From positions 195,362,001 to 195,426,000 of the forward strand of contig NC_042997.1 in assembly GCF_006345805.1 (NCBI RefSeq): 64,000 nt of DNA, read 5' to 3'. Origin of the DNA: Octopus sinensis (lineage: Eukaryota). Shown here piece after piece: positions 52,213 through 64,000 of the stretch. The first letter of the stretch is position 1. Every line of letters starts with the position of its first letter. A program made the position numbers and the translations under genes. The notes below the pieces were generated by a model, which worked only from the letters and a program-made list of their open reading frames with translations, ran no database searches and was not told the origin of the DNA.

Positions 52213-52517
52213 TTATATTTAATAAAAAATATTAACTTCGAATTGAATTTCTGAATTTGTGAATGCAATCCTGGTGCATTATGGGAAATTACGTCAATGA
52301 GGGCGCCATAGCTTCAGTGCTTGGTGTGTGTTAGACATAGCAGTTAAAAATCTCCACCGTATAACCTGCTATTGTTTTACAAAAGGAAGGGTATATTCAG
52401 CCATGTGGTTCTCGTACAGTGTATCTACAGGAAAAAAGTAAAAGACGTGACGGTCACAGCTGGAAGGCTTTTGATCATGCCTGCTTAATGAGATACCTAC
52501 ACGGAGTTAAACAACAT

Positions 52518-52570
<53 letters not shown>

Positions 52571-52730
52571 ACTAATACTAATACTACTGCTGCTGCTACA
52601 ACAATAACTACTGCTGCTACTACAGTAACTACTGCTGCTACTACTACTAATACTACTGCTGCTGCTGCTGCTACTGCTACTGCTACAATAATAACTACTA
52701 CTGCTACTACAACAACTGCTACTACTACTA

Positions 52731-52771
<41 letters not shown>

Positions 52772-52818
52772 ACTACTACTACTACTATTATTATTACGTC
52801 TGCTTTGTGCTTTATCAT

Positions 52819-52849
<31 letters not shown>

Positions 52850-53562
52850 GTGATTAATCACACTAGAATTTTATCTGAAATCTGACCATATCCATGATCA
52901 CACCAGTCATGATTTATGCCAGCAACGTCCTATATTTCTCTGATATGGGAAAGATAAAAGACGGGAATAAATAAATAAATAAATAAATAAATAAAAAAAC
53001 AAATAAATCAAAAAGAGAACTGCAACAGCAACAAGAGTAACAACAACATCACCACCGAAGCAATGGACGCCAACCGAAAGAAAATACGCCAACGTTCATT
53101 AACGAAAAATGCAATGAGCTAAAGGAAGATAACTCAACAGGGTAATAGGATGGATTTGAGACGACTAAAGGGGGAGGAGGAGCGAGAATGTACTGAGTGG
53201 CATGTGTAATTAAAAGCTTTTAATTAAGTGAAGTTTTCCATTTAGTTGATGAAGAAAGAAAGAAAGAAAATAATTAACTGAAATGGCCAGTCTGGTGTTT
53301 TGGTTTGTGTTTGATATAAATAGCGACTTGATATGAGTTCTGATGATAGGAGGACGGATAGAGATTGTTGGTTTTCTGATGAATAGCCAATAAGCTATGG
53401 AACATATCAAAGGGATTTTATATATTTTTTTGAATATGAAAATAATACAAATGTATTGACATGTATTTATGTTTTAACGTTGGAACCCCTAGGGGACAAG
53501 ATCATAAATAATAAACATATTGCACATTGGGTTAAAAAACCTTTGGATAGAAAAACATGCAA

Positions 53563-53632
53563 GCTGCCCGTGGTATAGTGGTAACATATCTATTATGTTC
53601 TAAGAAGGTGTGGGTTCGCGTACCACGTCAGC
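53563..53632 (+). pseudogene. Degenerate tRNA-like sequence
   Basis: gctg...cagc acceptor, tggtatagtggtaa A-box/D arm, gtggg-ttcgcgt-accac T arm; anticodon arm does not pair. Confidence 0.35.
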
Positions 53633-54189
53633 CTTCGACATTTTTGTTTTTACCTAAGGATGTTTTTTAACGGCTAAGGAAAGAGAGATGGCTAGATTGG
53701 TGAGTTTTTTTAAACAGCAAGTGAGAGAGTTGCATAGAGGGTTGTAGGCATTGAGGAGGAAAGTTGGAAAGAAAACGAAAGAGAAGAGAGCGGAGATTCT
53801 GGAGGAAGGATTGATGAGAAGGCGTGAGTGTAGGTGTAGGCGTGGGTGATGGCGATGGGGTGCTGAAAAGTTCCTGACTTTAAGATACGCATTTATAATC
53901 ACACACACATACAGAGCAATCACAGACACTTGTGAATAACTGAATGAACAATAGTTCCCTGCTATGAATCGTCACGCATTGAAAAAAATGAACATTAGTT
54001 CGTCACTACCGAAATAAATATTGGATATACCTATCTACCTACCTACCTACCTACCTACCTACCTACCAACCTACCTACATTCATTTCTACATGCAGGTCA
54101 TATGTGCATACATAATACATTACATACATACATGCATAAATATATGCACACCCACCCACCCTTCCAGACACACATATGCATATATATAA

Positions 54190-54520
54190 ATGGCTCTGTG
54201 GTTAGAGTGTCGAGCTTACGATCGTTAGGTTGTGAGTTCGAATCCCGGACCGGGCTGTGTGTCGTGTTCTTGAGCAAGACACTTTATTTCATGTTGCTTC
54301 AGTTCACTCAACTGTAGAAATGAGTTGCGATGTCACAGGTGCCAAGCTGTATCGGCCCCTTTGCCTTTCCATTGGATAACATCGGTGGCGTGGAGAGGGG
54401 AGGCCGGTATGCTTGGGCGACTGCTGGTGTTCCATAAACGACCTTGCCCGGACTTGTGCCTGGGAGGATAACTTTCTAGGTACAATCCCATGGTCAATCA
54501 TGATCGAAGGGGGTCTCAGC
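54190..54520 (+). mobile_element. SINE family C, CORE-like body, tail type 3
   Basis: cttgagcaagacactttatttc...cactcaactg core followed by a tail seen only here. Confidence 0.7.
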
Positions 54521-54543
54521 ATATATATATATATATAATATAT

Positions 54544-54585
<42 letters not shown>

Positions 54586-54907
54586 ATATATATATATTGA
54601 TAAAACGGTAAATATATATATATATATAGTGTAAACAGAGTTAGTGGTTGTAATAACCAACTAAGGGATAAAATATCCGTATGTACTATCGGTATCCGTT
54701 ACCCGTGTTATCTCCGGGCATTTGTGTGCAGTCACACTATGCACGTAGAGTGCAGGTAACAACAGGATAAACAAGAGTTTATCAGGAACCAATGCAAATA
54801 ATCAGAAAATGGAGAAAACCTCAGATCAACAATCACATCGTTTGGACTGCATTTATAGCTTATTTTTTTATTTATAAAGCATGACATAACATATGTGACG
54901 TAACAAA

Positions 54908-55019
54908 TCTTACGGCCGTTTCTGCATCCGTTGCCAAACACTGTCTATAAATAATTGCGAAAATAAAATTCTTCATCTTCATAGGACATTCGAATTAAGG
55001 CCCAGAGCTTCATCAGAGT
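54908..55019 (-). ncRNA. Type I hammerhead-like motif with long stem II (same family as 25296-25416)
   Basis: act-CTGATGA-agctc...ggatgca-GAAAC-ggcc-GTA-aga; shares the flank agaaaatggagaaa..gatcaacaa with the 25.2-kb element. Confidence 0.55.
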
Positions 55020-56237
55020 AAAAAACAAGAGCATCCAAAATAAACAAAGGGAAGAAGGAATAGGAAAGAAAACATGGTCTAGAAAAGAAGTCAAGAAGCC
55101 TAATATATGAAAAGCATATAATCTACCACCTTGGGGCTACGAGGTCCGTAGGTAAAAGAGTGAACTAGTAATGGTCTAGGGAATAATAAAACTTATTTAC
55201 AGGTAGTTTCAATTTAAGCACATCTATTATACTGTGGGAACGTGTGAATTTTATTCATGATAATAATTAACAAGCGATTTGGTCTTAAAAATTAGCCACC
55301 TAATTGTAAGTGGATTTATAACTGTGCATTGTGGTGTACCTATAAGATGGAATTTTGTGGGTAGGGTATCTATATACATCTAATTATCACCACAATTTGC
55401 TACATATGAGGTTTAGTCCAAATTCATTTTCTAGTAGCCTTTATAGAGAGTCGCTGTAATACCAGTACTAGTTGCCCCCACCCACTTTAACTATAACCTA
55501 ACCCGAGGCTATTTTCCCTTTTTTGACCGTTCTCTCATGTATTTTATATCGTTAAGCCGCAGAAGGACATAAGCGGCCTCGAACCACTTATATCATTGTC
55601 TTCTCACCCGGACCCTTTATTTTTTCTTATTTTTTCTTATTTATTTTTATTGACATATCCATTTTAACTTGTGACTTCTATTCAAATATGATTTGACCAT
55701 TTTCTGATTATATATATATATGCGCGTGTGTGTCTGAAAGGGTGTGTGTGCATGTATATGTATATATATATATATATAACGGGAAGCTTTATGAAAATAA
55801 AAATATATATATATATGTATTATACATATCATGCATGTGTATATATATATGCATTATACAAATACATACACGCGCACATTCTCTCACACACACGCATATG
55901 TATATATACATATTTCTGTGAGATAAATTAATCTCAAGACGGATTATATGTAAATTCTGAATGGAAAAAAACATGAACGGGGAGACGTGACAGATGTGAC
56001 ATCTTAAAGACGTTCCTTGACACAGTTTAGTTGTCTGTGAGAGGTCAAGTGTTGTTTATTCTTGTTTTGATATACTTAAGCGTTAGCAAGTAATAATAAA
56101 CCAACTCCACTTTTATGATAGCATTATTATAATGGAGGATTTATCGGTTAAGCTATTGTCATGGAAAAGAATAAGAATATTCATCGGGTTTGTTCACATT
56201 GGTTTTCAAATCCATGTCACAAACCCGCTTGGGTTTA

Positions 56238-56655
56238 AGGCGGCGAACTGGCAGAATCGTTAGCACGCCGGGCATAATATTTAGCGGTATTTTGTCTGCC
56301 GCTACGTTCTGAGTTCAAATTCCGCCGATGTCGACTTTGCCTTTCATCCTTTCGGGGTCGATAAATTAAGTACCAGTTACGCACTGGGGTCGATGTAATC
56401 GACTTAATCCGTTTGTCTGTCCTTGTTTGTCCCCTCTGTGTTTAGCCCCTTGTGGGTAGTAAAGAAATAGGTATTTCGTCTGCCGCTATGTTCTGAGTTC
56501 AAATTCCGCCGATGTCGACTTTGCCTTTCATCCTTTCGGGGTTGATTAAATACGTACCAGTTACGCACTGGGGTCGATATAATCGACTTAATCCGTTTTT
56601 CTGTCCTTGTTTGTCCTCTCTGTGTTTAGCCCCTTGTGGGCAATAAAGAAATAAG
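56238..56655 (+). mobile_element. SINE family A dimer
   Basis: One head, two bodies; gcttgggtt on both flanks. Confidence 0.85.
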
Positions 56656-56746
56656 AAACTTGCTTGGGTTATTTTGCCCTTAGTACCCTGAGTTTTAATT
56701 ATCCAAATTAACAATTAACCTTTGTCAAAATTGTCCTCTCTCTCTC

Positions 56747-56814
<68 letters not shown>

Positions 56815-57121
56815 ATATATCTACGCTGGTTTATGTCAGACGAATGAGAGAAGAGTGCTAAATACATATTATAAAAGCTATGCCATTTTTTATATTGAAA
56901 CTGAATCTAACAGTTTCTCACGACTCGAGGTTCAAGCTTTTGCGATCTTCAGGCGAGAACTGTTCTCACTCGAAGGTTGCAGTGGCGTGAAACTCGAGTC
57001 GAGAGACAAATTTTCAATTCCACTCTCAATGAAAAAAATCTATATACACGCATACATATGTACATCTGTCTATCTATATTTATATAAATATAGAACATAT
57101 GATATATATATATATATAATA

Positions 57122-57165
<44 letters not shown>

Positions 57166-57661
57166 AATAGTGAGGGGATTATCGATCCAGGTAAAATATT
57201 TCATAACCTCCGTGTTGGCACTCCGGGATAAAAGTATTACTACTTAGATTAGTGAAGAACTCCAAGTAATCTTTTGGTAGGGTTCAAGGCTGTGGTTCAT
57301 CACAATTCTATATAGGCAAACTGGTTCCACCTAGCAATCGTTCTGTCTCTCTCTATATATAGAATGATTGCGGGGTGGAAACACAGGATAGCCATTCAGA
57401 AAAATTATCTGCCAGTGAATTGCCATTAAGAGTGTTGATCTTAAAGAAATACTTTGAGATTTAAGGGATTTGACCTGTGGGTATGTCAAGAATGGTCACT
57501 GAACTCAGAATGCCGTGAGTCAAAACAAACACTACAAAATAAAATATCCTGGCTATTCATCAAACACACATATAGTTGTATGTATTGGATGTATATATAT
57601 ATATATATGTCTGTACATGCACATATATGTATATATACATACACGTATATAGTCACACGCG

Positions 57662-57721
<60 letters not shown>

Positions 57722-57965
57722 ATATATTTATTTATATTCAAACACACACACAGACACATAAACACATATATACACACGCATACACATACGTACACACACA
57801 TATATATTTATACACACAAATATATATAATATATATATCTATATATTTATATGTATATATATATATATATGTTTGTATATATTTTTGTCTATATTAATGT
57901 TTGCTTTTCCGTCAGATTTTTTCTTTTACGTTTATTTCAGCATGAACATGTATATACGTACGTGT

Positions 57966-58049
<84 letters not shown>

Positions 58050-58299
58050 CATACGATGTTGCACTGTGGTTACGGTGATGGCTATACTTCCATATATGGC
58101 AATAGTGACTACCACGTTGGGAAATCATGAAGTCGTGATTTTAGAGGAAAATTTTGGAAAAATAAATTAAGCTCTGTTTCTCAATGTCCTTTTTATCATT
58201 CATAATACATGATGGCGTCTATTTTCTTAACGTTTCGGTTCGAAGTTCTGTGGTTGTATCAAGTTTGAAAATATACACACGTCCGTATGTCTGTCTGTC

Positions 58300-59135
58300 T
58301 GTCTGTCTGTCTGTAAGTATGAATGCATGTATGCATGCATGTGTGCATTTATGTATGTATGTATGTATGTATGTATGTATGTATGTATGTATGGATGGAT
58401 GGATGGATAGATGGATGGATGCATGCAAGTGTGCATTTATGTATGTATGTAAGTATGAATGTATGTATGTATGCATATATGCATTTATATATGTATGTAC
58501 ATCCATGCCTGTATATGTATGCATGCATACTTGTATATATATGTACGTATGTATGTATGTTTGTATGTATGTATGTGTATGTTTGTATGTTTGTATGTAT
58601 GTTGTATGTATGTATGTATGTATGTATGTATGTGTATGTTTTTATGTTTGTATGTATGTTTGTATGTATGTTTGTATGTATGTATGCATGCATGTACGTA
58701 TGTATATATGTGTGCATTTATGTATGTATGTAAGCACATGCATGCAAGTATATGTATATATGTATGCATGCGTGCATATATATGTATGTATGCAAGTATG
58801 CATGTATATATGTGTATGTATGTATGTATGTATGTATGCATGCATGTATATGTATGTATGTATGTATGTTTGTATGTATGTTTGTATGTGTGTATGTATA
58901 TAAGCATGCGTGTACATGAATGTTTGTATGTATGTGTGTGTATGTATGTATGCATGCATGTATATGTATGTATGTGTATGTATGCATGTATATGTATGTA
59001 TATGTATATATGTATGTATGTGTATGTATGTATGTATGTATGTATGTATGCGTGCATGTATGTCCATGCATACATGTATATGTATCTATGCATGAATACG
59101 TGTATATGTATGTATTATGTGTGCATATATGCATG
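58300..59135. repeat. Long imperfect (TATG)n tract
   Basis: Direct reading. Confidence 0.95.
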
Positions 59136-59189
59136 TATCTGTCTGTCTGTCTCTCTGTTTCCCTTTCTCTTTTACTCGCAGTCTCTCAT

Positions 59190-59580
59190 ACATCTTTTAT
59201 CTTTTACTTGTTTCAGGCATGAGACTGCGGCCATGCTGGGGCACCACCCTGAAGAGTTTTTAGTCGAATGTTTCGACCCCAGTACTTACTTTTTAAAGTT
59301 TGTTGCTTATTCTATCGTTCGTTTTTTGCCGAACTGAAAAGTTACAGGTATGTAAACACACCAGCATTGGTTTTCAAGCGGTGGTGGGGGTACAAACACA
59401 AACACAACACATATACACGCACGACGGGCTTCTTTTCAGTTTCCGTCTATCAAATCCATTCACAAGGCTTTGGTCGGCCCGCGGCTATAGTAGAAGACAT
59501 TTGCCTATGGTGTCACGCAGTGGAACTGAACCCGGAACCACGTGATTGGGAAGCAAGCTTCTTACCACACAGCCACACAA
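59190..59580 (-). mobile_element. SINE family B (diverged)
   Basis: Reverse-complement match to 7486-7895. Confidence 0.8.
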
Positions 59581-60038
59581 ATATTCTTTTACTTCCGTTA
59601 TAGCTTCAATAATTTAGTTTATGAGTAAATTTGTTAGAAAAATCAGCGCTTGTTCGCGTGTGTTACGGAAGGTGAAGTGATAGCACAAACCTAATAGTTA
59701 AGTTAGTGTTAACATATTGTTAACATCTATTGAGCATTAAATTAAACATGTAATTTCGTGTTAACATAGTGTTAACATGTATTGGGCATTACCAATCTTT
59801 TTAGAAGTACTTATGGTCTGAGAAAAAGGGAGACAATTCCAAACATGTTTCGGTCTTAGACCTCCAGAAAGACTTATGGTGCTAGCCTTGAAGTTTTCGC
59901 TTATTATGCATTCGAATTTGAGGTCGCTTGCTTACACTTTTCGTGCGTGCAAGGCCGCCCGTTTTTGTGAATATATATATTTGCACATTCATGCACGCTT
60001 CTTTTGTTTTTTTTTTGTTGTTGAGAAATCTGCAAATA

Positions 60039-60431
60039 TCTTTATATATAAAAGTGGTGTGTCTGTCTCCTACGATTTAGATTCCTAACTACTCCCACAT
60101 TTTGCGGTGCAGTTTAACCAAAACCGGGTATCTTATAGTCGTGATTCATATCGAGCCCTTCTGGGTATTAGCGCGCGTCTACGATGAATCAACGATTTAA
60201 AAAAAAATTACCATAATTTTTTTTCCATTTTAGTGCATTTTTTCGCTATTATATAAGGGAAGTAACTCTCTAAAAATGTCTACGATGAGTCAACGATTTA
60301 AAAAAAAATTAACACCATTTTTTTCCCATTTTTAATGCATTTTTTTGCTATTTTTTTGGCTATAACTCTCTAAAAATGCTTATATAGTTATTTCCCTTAC
60401 AAACCCGAGCAACGCCGGGCGATACTGCTAG
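60039..60431 (+). mobile_element. Non-autonomous Helitron H2
   Basis: A|TC...hairpin...CTAG|T; internal duplication of acgatga.tcaacgatttaaaaaa. Confidence 0.85.
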
Positions 60432-60938
60432 TTATAACATATAATAACTTTCTAACAAGCTTTTAACACCTCTATCTATTGGATTATCTGTCTACTGTCT
60501 AATCAAGATATTCCACTTAGCATCTTCCTGCAACACAACATCTACTACAACCGAACTTTTTTCTAGTTCCTTGTCGACTATTCTTGGCAGAAATTATGTT
60601 ACCCTTGTGAAATCCAAGATAAGACAACGTTTGAAACAATCCTTCTCGGTTTGCACCTTCACATCCAGCGCTGGATTAACCATTAAGCAAAATAAGCACG
60701 TGCTTAGTGCATCAAAGGAAGGTGCGAAGCAGGAATCACAGAAATGGGTAAAAGAAATCACTTTAAACTTGCTAAAATAAACATTATTGAGTGTGCCTTT
60801 CCAAATGTAGATATTACCTGTCGTGTATTTTAACATCGATGGTCCGAAATTGTTCAGCTGAGCGTTCACTTTTTTCTGTTGAAGTATATTAAAATTCCTA
60901 TCAGAACAACTATGCAACAAGGTAGGCTGGATGCCTTA

Positions 60939-61330
60939 TCTTTATATATAAAGCTGAAGTTGTCTGTGTATGGCAGGTTTGGTAGCCTTCAACTAACAAT
61001 ATCTCCTCCGAGACCCTGCGGCGCAAGTTGACCAAAATTGAGATTATGATAGAAGAAGGCTTGCTCTTCCTTCCGTAGAAGAAAACATTCAAATCGGACC
61101 ATGTTAACACCAAAAATTATTTACATCAAAAAGGTGCTATTTTTTCTATGAAAATCCCTATTTTTTTACGATTTTTTTATTGCTGTGTCGGCATTTTTCA
61201 GTGTATTTCAACCAGGAAAATGTTCACTTAAAGAGAATAACAAGCTACATAATGCAAAATTTTTACTTTTCAAAAATTCCAATTCTAAAGGGTCGAAACA
61301 AACCTGAGCAACGCCGGGCGATACTGCTAG
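60939..61330 (+). mobile_element. Non-autonomous Helitron H1
   Basis: Same termini and interior as 9089-9481. Confidence 0.85.
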
Positions 61331-61880
61331 TCTCGAATAAGTATAGAAGCAAATATCCTGCGTAAGATTAATTTTGAGGATCTGATCAAAGACGATGCAA
61401 TTAAAAAAAGCAGGAGGAAACTTTTCAAATATAAACGAAATGGAAATATACAAAAATAAACATTATTTTCCATCTTACTGTTAGTTTTGTTTCATTTTGA
61501 AAAATAGAATATATAAAATAGAATATATTTTATGGTTTATTATTGTTTATATTTTGAATTACATATATATGGAGGCACCGGTGCTTAGAGCCTTTATGGG
61601 TCTTAATTCGGCCCAGTTCACATCCCTCATACAACCGAAGCCCACAAACTGAAAAATCAAGCCATTCACTCTCTGCTGTACAGTTGAATAATCTTGCTTA
61701 CAATATCTGGAATGAATCACCCAGCATCATTACTCTCTGGGAAGCATTTACCCAGCGCTGTTTCCTTAGCCTTGTTGTTATTTAGCTTGACCTCGGCTCT
61801 GGTTAAGTAAAACATTGATAAAAGCGTTTCTACCATGACAACCCTTCTATATTTTTAAAGAATATATCAAGAATATATTA

Positions 61881-62063
61881 GGCACAGGAGTGGCTGTGTG
61901 GTAAGTAGCCTGCTAACCAACCACATGGTTCCGGGTTCAGTCCCACTGCGTGGCATCTTGGGCAAGTGTCTTCTGCTATAGCCCCGGGCCGACCAATGCC
62001 TTGTGAGTGGATTTGGTAGACGGAAACTGAAAGAAGCCTGTCGTATATATGTATATATATATA

Positions 62064-62133
<70 letters not shown>

Positions 62134-62350
62134 ATGTGTTTGTGTGTCTGTGTTGTCTCCCTAGCATAGCTTGACAACTGATGCTGGTGTATTTACGTCT
62201 CCGTAACTTAGCGGTTTGGCAAAAGAGACCGATAGAATAAGTACTGGGCTTACAAAGAATAAGTCCTGGGATCGATTTGCTCGACTAAAGGTGGTGCTCC
62301 TGCATGGCCGCAGTCAAATGACTGAAACAAGTAAAAGAGTAAAAGAGTAA
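61881..62350 (+). mobile_element. SINE family B
   Basis: Match to 7486-7895. Confidence 0.9.
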
Positions 62351-63390
62351 GAGTAGGTCTACCTTATCCAAAGAGACCTTCATATTTTAAGATGGTGAAG
62401 TGAGCTGGCAAAATCGTTAGCACGCCGGAAGAAGTGTTTAGCAGCATTTAATCCGTCTTTGCATTCTGAGTTCAAATTCCACCGCGGTCGATTTTGTTTT
62501 TCACCTTTCCGGGGTCGATGAAATAAATACCTGTTGAACACTGGGGAGGATGTAATGTACTAGCCCTTTCCCTCAAGATTTCAGCCCTTGTGCCAATAGC
62601 AGAAAGGATATTTTAAGATGGTAAGTGCTAGGTTTGATGGAAATTTAGTAACTATTTCGAGCAGGTCGAGAGAGCTCGTATAAGTTCTTCGTTTGTTTGC
62701 TTTTGTTGTTATTGCTACTTTCGTTTAACACATTCTAATTATTAATTTTCGTGTGCCAAATATAATATATTACATTTTCTTATTTTATTTTTCCTCCGCA
62801 GGGACCTTGGATACTTTGCTAATTCCAGAATCACAGTCGACGTATAACGGCAGGCAATATTTCTCTATTCGCAACAATAAAGTATGAAATTTACCTCTCT
62901 GTAGAATCAATCATCTTATTGATCTAACCATTAAAAGACTATCATATAATCGGGCGAATTCATTTCTATTGTGAAAGAATCCGAAACCTTGATATCTAAA
63001 TTCTACTTGGAAACTACTCCTATACACTCATATACACATGCCTCAAAATTATTTGATATCTTTGAGAATATTATTATCAGCATACTTACAATGGACTGTT
63101 AATATTAGGTTGGTTCCATTCGCACTTTATATTGGACAGATAGGGTTCAGTGTTACAACTCGACCAGGATCAATAACTACGAAGCAATCTTAGAGTTTGA
63201 ACTACAACTCACTTGGTAACTGTGTTTAGTAACTTTACGAAGCAGACGTATCCATACACGCTTACACAGACACGAAGACACTTCAGACACCCACGAACTT
63301 TACACACGCACACACACACATACAGATATTTAAACACGCATACATGTATGATTCTGTGGCAGTTGTTTGTATTGTCGACTAAATTTCACT

Positions 63391-64000
63391 ATGGATATCG
63401 ATAGTCATGTGACACATAAGAAAAATTCCGAGAACGATTTGGTTTGGAGACACAATCGTAAGTTGTCGCTTGAAATTAACCGAATACAGTCCATTCAAAA
63501 TGTATTAGTTAAAAACATGGACAAAAAGATGAACACAGTTCAAAGAGAGATAAAATCCTTTGGATATTCTGAGGAGAAGAAAAAGAATATTGCAGCCGAA
63601 AAATTTCCGATATACTTACCATTTTGGAAAGAATGGAAGTTTTCAGGCTTGAAACGTCAAACAGATGTTTCACCGAACAAGGAAATAAACATATCAAAAA
63701 TAAACAAAACAAACAGTTCCCTCAAAGATAAGATTCGTAGTTTTATTCAAAATATGTCACGTGGTGAGGACAAGCCATTCATAAAATCTGAATTAGTTGC
63801 ACAAGATATCAGCCAAGGCGAAACAAATGAGCAACTGTTATCAGTTAATCCTGGTGCTGTTGGCATGGATTCAAACACTGCGTCGGAAGTGACTGTTCAG
63901 GAAAAACTGGCTGCATTAGGAGCGACAGATGACGATAAGCAAGCAGAAAATATAAACAAAAAAACAGACGACACGTTTGAAAATAAACCAAATGAATCAA
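63391..64000 (+). CDS. Uncharacterised protein-coding exon, open at the window end
   Basis: No stop from 63352 to 64000; ATG at 63391 in actATGg context; MDIDSHVTHKKNSENDLVWRHNRKLSLEINRIQSIQNVLVKNMDKKMNTVQREIKSFGYSEEKKK...DDTFENKPNES; non-repetitive sequence. Confidence 0.75.
   Translation, partial: MDIDSHVTHKKNSENDLVWRHNRKLSLEINRIQSIQNVLVKNMDKKMNTVQREIKSFGYSEEKKKNIAAEKFPIYLPFWKEWKFSGLKRQTDVSPNKEINISKINKTNSSLKDKIRSFIQNMSRGEDKPFIKSELVAQDISQGETNEQLLSVNPGAVGMDSNTASEVTVQEKLAALGATDDDKQAENINKKTDDTFENKPNES

Overview
Repeat-saturated, AT-rich eukaryotic DNA. The tRNA-derived SINE families, CORE-like domains and very dense TA/CA/CATA/TAA microsatellites suggest an octopod cephalopod (inference). Nearly all listed ORFs are artefacts of microsatellites or SINEs. 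The only credible host coding sequence is a stop-free frame from 63391 to the window end (>=203 codons), which the ORF track missed because it has no stop. Mobile content: three tRNA-derived SINE families (A: Meta-domain-like, often head + tandem bodies inside one TSD; B: CORE-like with an internal microsatellite; C: tRNA heads with swappable tails), eight non-autonomous Helitrons, decayed R4/Dong-type and CR1-type LINEs, and mariner, hAT and Tigger-like MITE pieces. The main finding is a set of minimal type I hammerhead ribozyme motifs of the kind known from Penelope-like retroelements: 888-932, 2123-2165, 5409-5451, 25296-25416, 47801-47836, 54908-55019, plus degenerate ones. Two of them are mirror images near the outer ends of a 3.5-kb fold-back with extreme strand asymmetry, nested in the internal microsatellite of a SINE. 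Repeat boundaries were read by eye and are approximate unless a TSD or terminus is quoted.
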